Shown here in pieces: positions 61,060 to 64,000 of a DNA stretch of 64,000 bases (its first letter is position 1; every line of letters starts with the position of its first letter). The stretch is from the NCBI RefSeq assembly GCF_009914755.1, contig NC_060931.1; one strand, written 5' to 3'. Position numbers and translations under genes: made by a program. The notes beneath the pieces were generated by a model. It had not been told where the DNA came from. It saw only the letters and a program-made list of their open reading frames with translations, and ran no database searches. This stretch comes from the human T2T-CHM13v2.0 reference genome, Homo sapiens.

Positions 61060-61230
61060 TTGGTATATATTTCAGTCATTATTTTGTTTATTGTCCATCC
61101 CTCCCTCCTCTAGGGTGTAAGCTCCATGAGGGTAGGGAGTTCTGTTGTTTTTGTTTAGTGCTGTATCTTTAGGGTATAGAATCATGCCTGGCATATAGTA
61201 GGTGCTCTCTCTATATTTGAGTAAATGAAA
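61060..61230 (+). mobile_element. L2 3' end
   Basis: tgtaagctccatgagggtaggga...gcctggcatatagtaggtgctc. Confidence 0.8.
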
Positions 61231-61299
61231 GACTAGAGGAATAGTCATATTTGCAGGACTAAATTCCAGTATTGTAAAAGGAAATTACTATACTGCAGG

Positions 61300-62620
<1,321 letters not shown>

Positions 62621-64000
62621 AAGCTATGTGCACATGTGTTATATTTTTATATAAGTAAAAATAAAATTAGCAAGAGGAAATGAGGCTTTCATTATACACC
62701 TCAAGAGAAGGATCTTGAAGTCAGATGTGTTCATCTTTCAATCTCTATATGTAGAAGATATTTGATAAATGATGAATGAATGAGTGAATGGAGAGCTGTC
62801 ATGAACTTATTTAGAGTTCATAACATATCCCTGGCAGCTGGTGGAATGATGAGAAGTTCTGCAAGAGAGAATGATTTAGGAAGCTTAGAAAAGATATGCA
62901 ATTGTGTATCCCACTACAATGGAGCCCAAGATTTCTGCTCAGTTTAACCTATTACACAGTGTAAGGCCGGCAAAAATTGTTCATTTCCATAGAGCTGACT
63001 TTGCAGATTTAAAAAGTCCTGAATGGGAAATAAATATGCTGCTCTTAATAAATGTCTAGTTAAGGTATAGTTAATATAGTTAAATGTGAAAGTGTATAAA
63101 TGATATATTTTAATAGCACCCAGAGCACATTTCAGGACTGAGATAAATGCAAACTTTTAAAAAACTCTAACATCCTCTAAACACATTGCCTTATCCTAGT
63201 AAATGATAAATTACTAAAGAAAAATGTTATTCTGCAATGTTTTGAAGATTAAGTAGCATATGAGTAAAATTAACATTGTGTGTAAGTGAAGCTGTGACTA
63301 TATCATGTCAGGTTGGTAATAAAATTGCAAAGGAGAGAGAATTAGAGTTTTATGCCACAGAAATGGAAGTAGTTTTCATTTTAATTGTTTTTCTTTAAAT
63401 GGATTGTTTCTGTAGTATACTATATTCTTTCCAGTTCACAGATGTTCAGGAGGGATAAAAGAGTTATAAAATATTCTAATGTGAGCTTTTAAAATAGCTT
63501 TTTTGGAACAGGAAAAGAGCAGTCTAAAGAATTCAGAATTTTTAGAGTACAATAAAGCATTCATATTGCAAATTTAGTAATTTGTGTTTTGTGATATGGA
63601 AAAATAAATGGACTTTTAACATTGACTCCAGTGCTGGCCTGTTAGTCACATACATTCACTTTATGATTTTATTTTTAATGTCAGAGTTCTGACAGTTCAC
63701 TTTCTTCCTTGCCTCCTCTCTTGCTAGCAGTTCTTTATTCCTGGCCTTAGGAAAGTCCACCTTTTCTCTAGCATCTAAATCTGGCCCTGGACTTTGCCTG
63801 GGCTGACCTGGATGGATGAATTTGTTGTGCTAATATCAGAGGCTTCCAGCTGTGCCTCTGCCACTGGCCAGAGTTCCTTCCCCCTCCATCCTTCCAGCAG
63901 GCCCCACCCAGGTCCTCCTCAGAGGCCCTCCGATGGCACAGAGCCAGGGTGCTGTGCTCCTTATACTTGCTGCACTTAGTATTTCTTGTCTACTTCTCCC

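Overview
This is primate (very probably human) non-coding DNA, either deep intron or intergenic. I could not identify the locus from sequence alone. I see no credible protein-coding gene, RNA gene or processed pseudogene. The longer ORFs in the track come from Alu, THE1 or (CA)n sequence. The window holds 24 Alu loci (AluJ, AluS and one AluY, most with visible target-site duplications), old L1M, L2 and MIR fragments, MaLR LTRs (THE1, MST, MLT1), ERVL LTR16-like and ERV1 LTRs, hAT DNA-transposon fossils (Zaphod, MER45A/B, MER5A) and several microsatellites. Repeat-free, TAAT-rich blocks that resemble conserved non-coding elements lie at about 15-18.8, 21.3-21.9, 24.9-25.6 and 48.0-48.4 kb. I found no evidence of a new biological system. 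The most noteworthy structures are: (i) a 217-bp segment copied from an LTR16/L1 junction (5457-5673) into the middle of another LTR16 6.7 kb away (12170-12386); (ii) a cluster of AP-1 and ARE/MARE motifs at 9.9-15.7 kb; (iii) a CCAAT/GC/TATA promoter-like module at 17.5 kb; (iv) several candidate cryptic exons; (v) a head-to-head inverted Alu pair with a 55-bp spacer; and (vi) a three-arm Alu. Repeat family names come from my recollection of consensus sequences, not from a RepeatMasker run, and the boundaries of old repeats are approximate.
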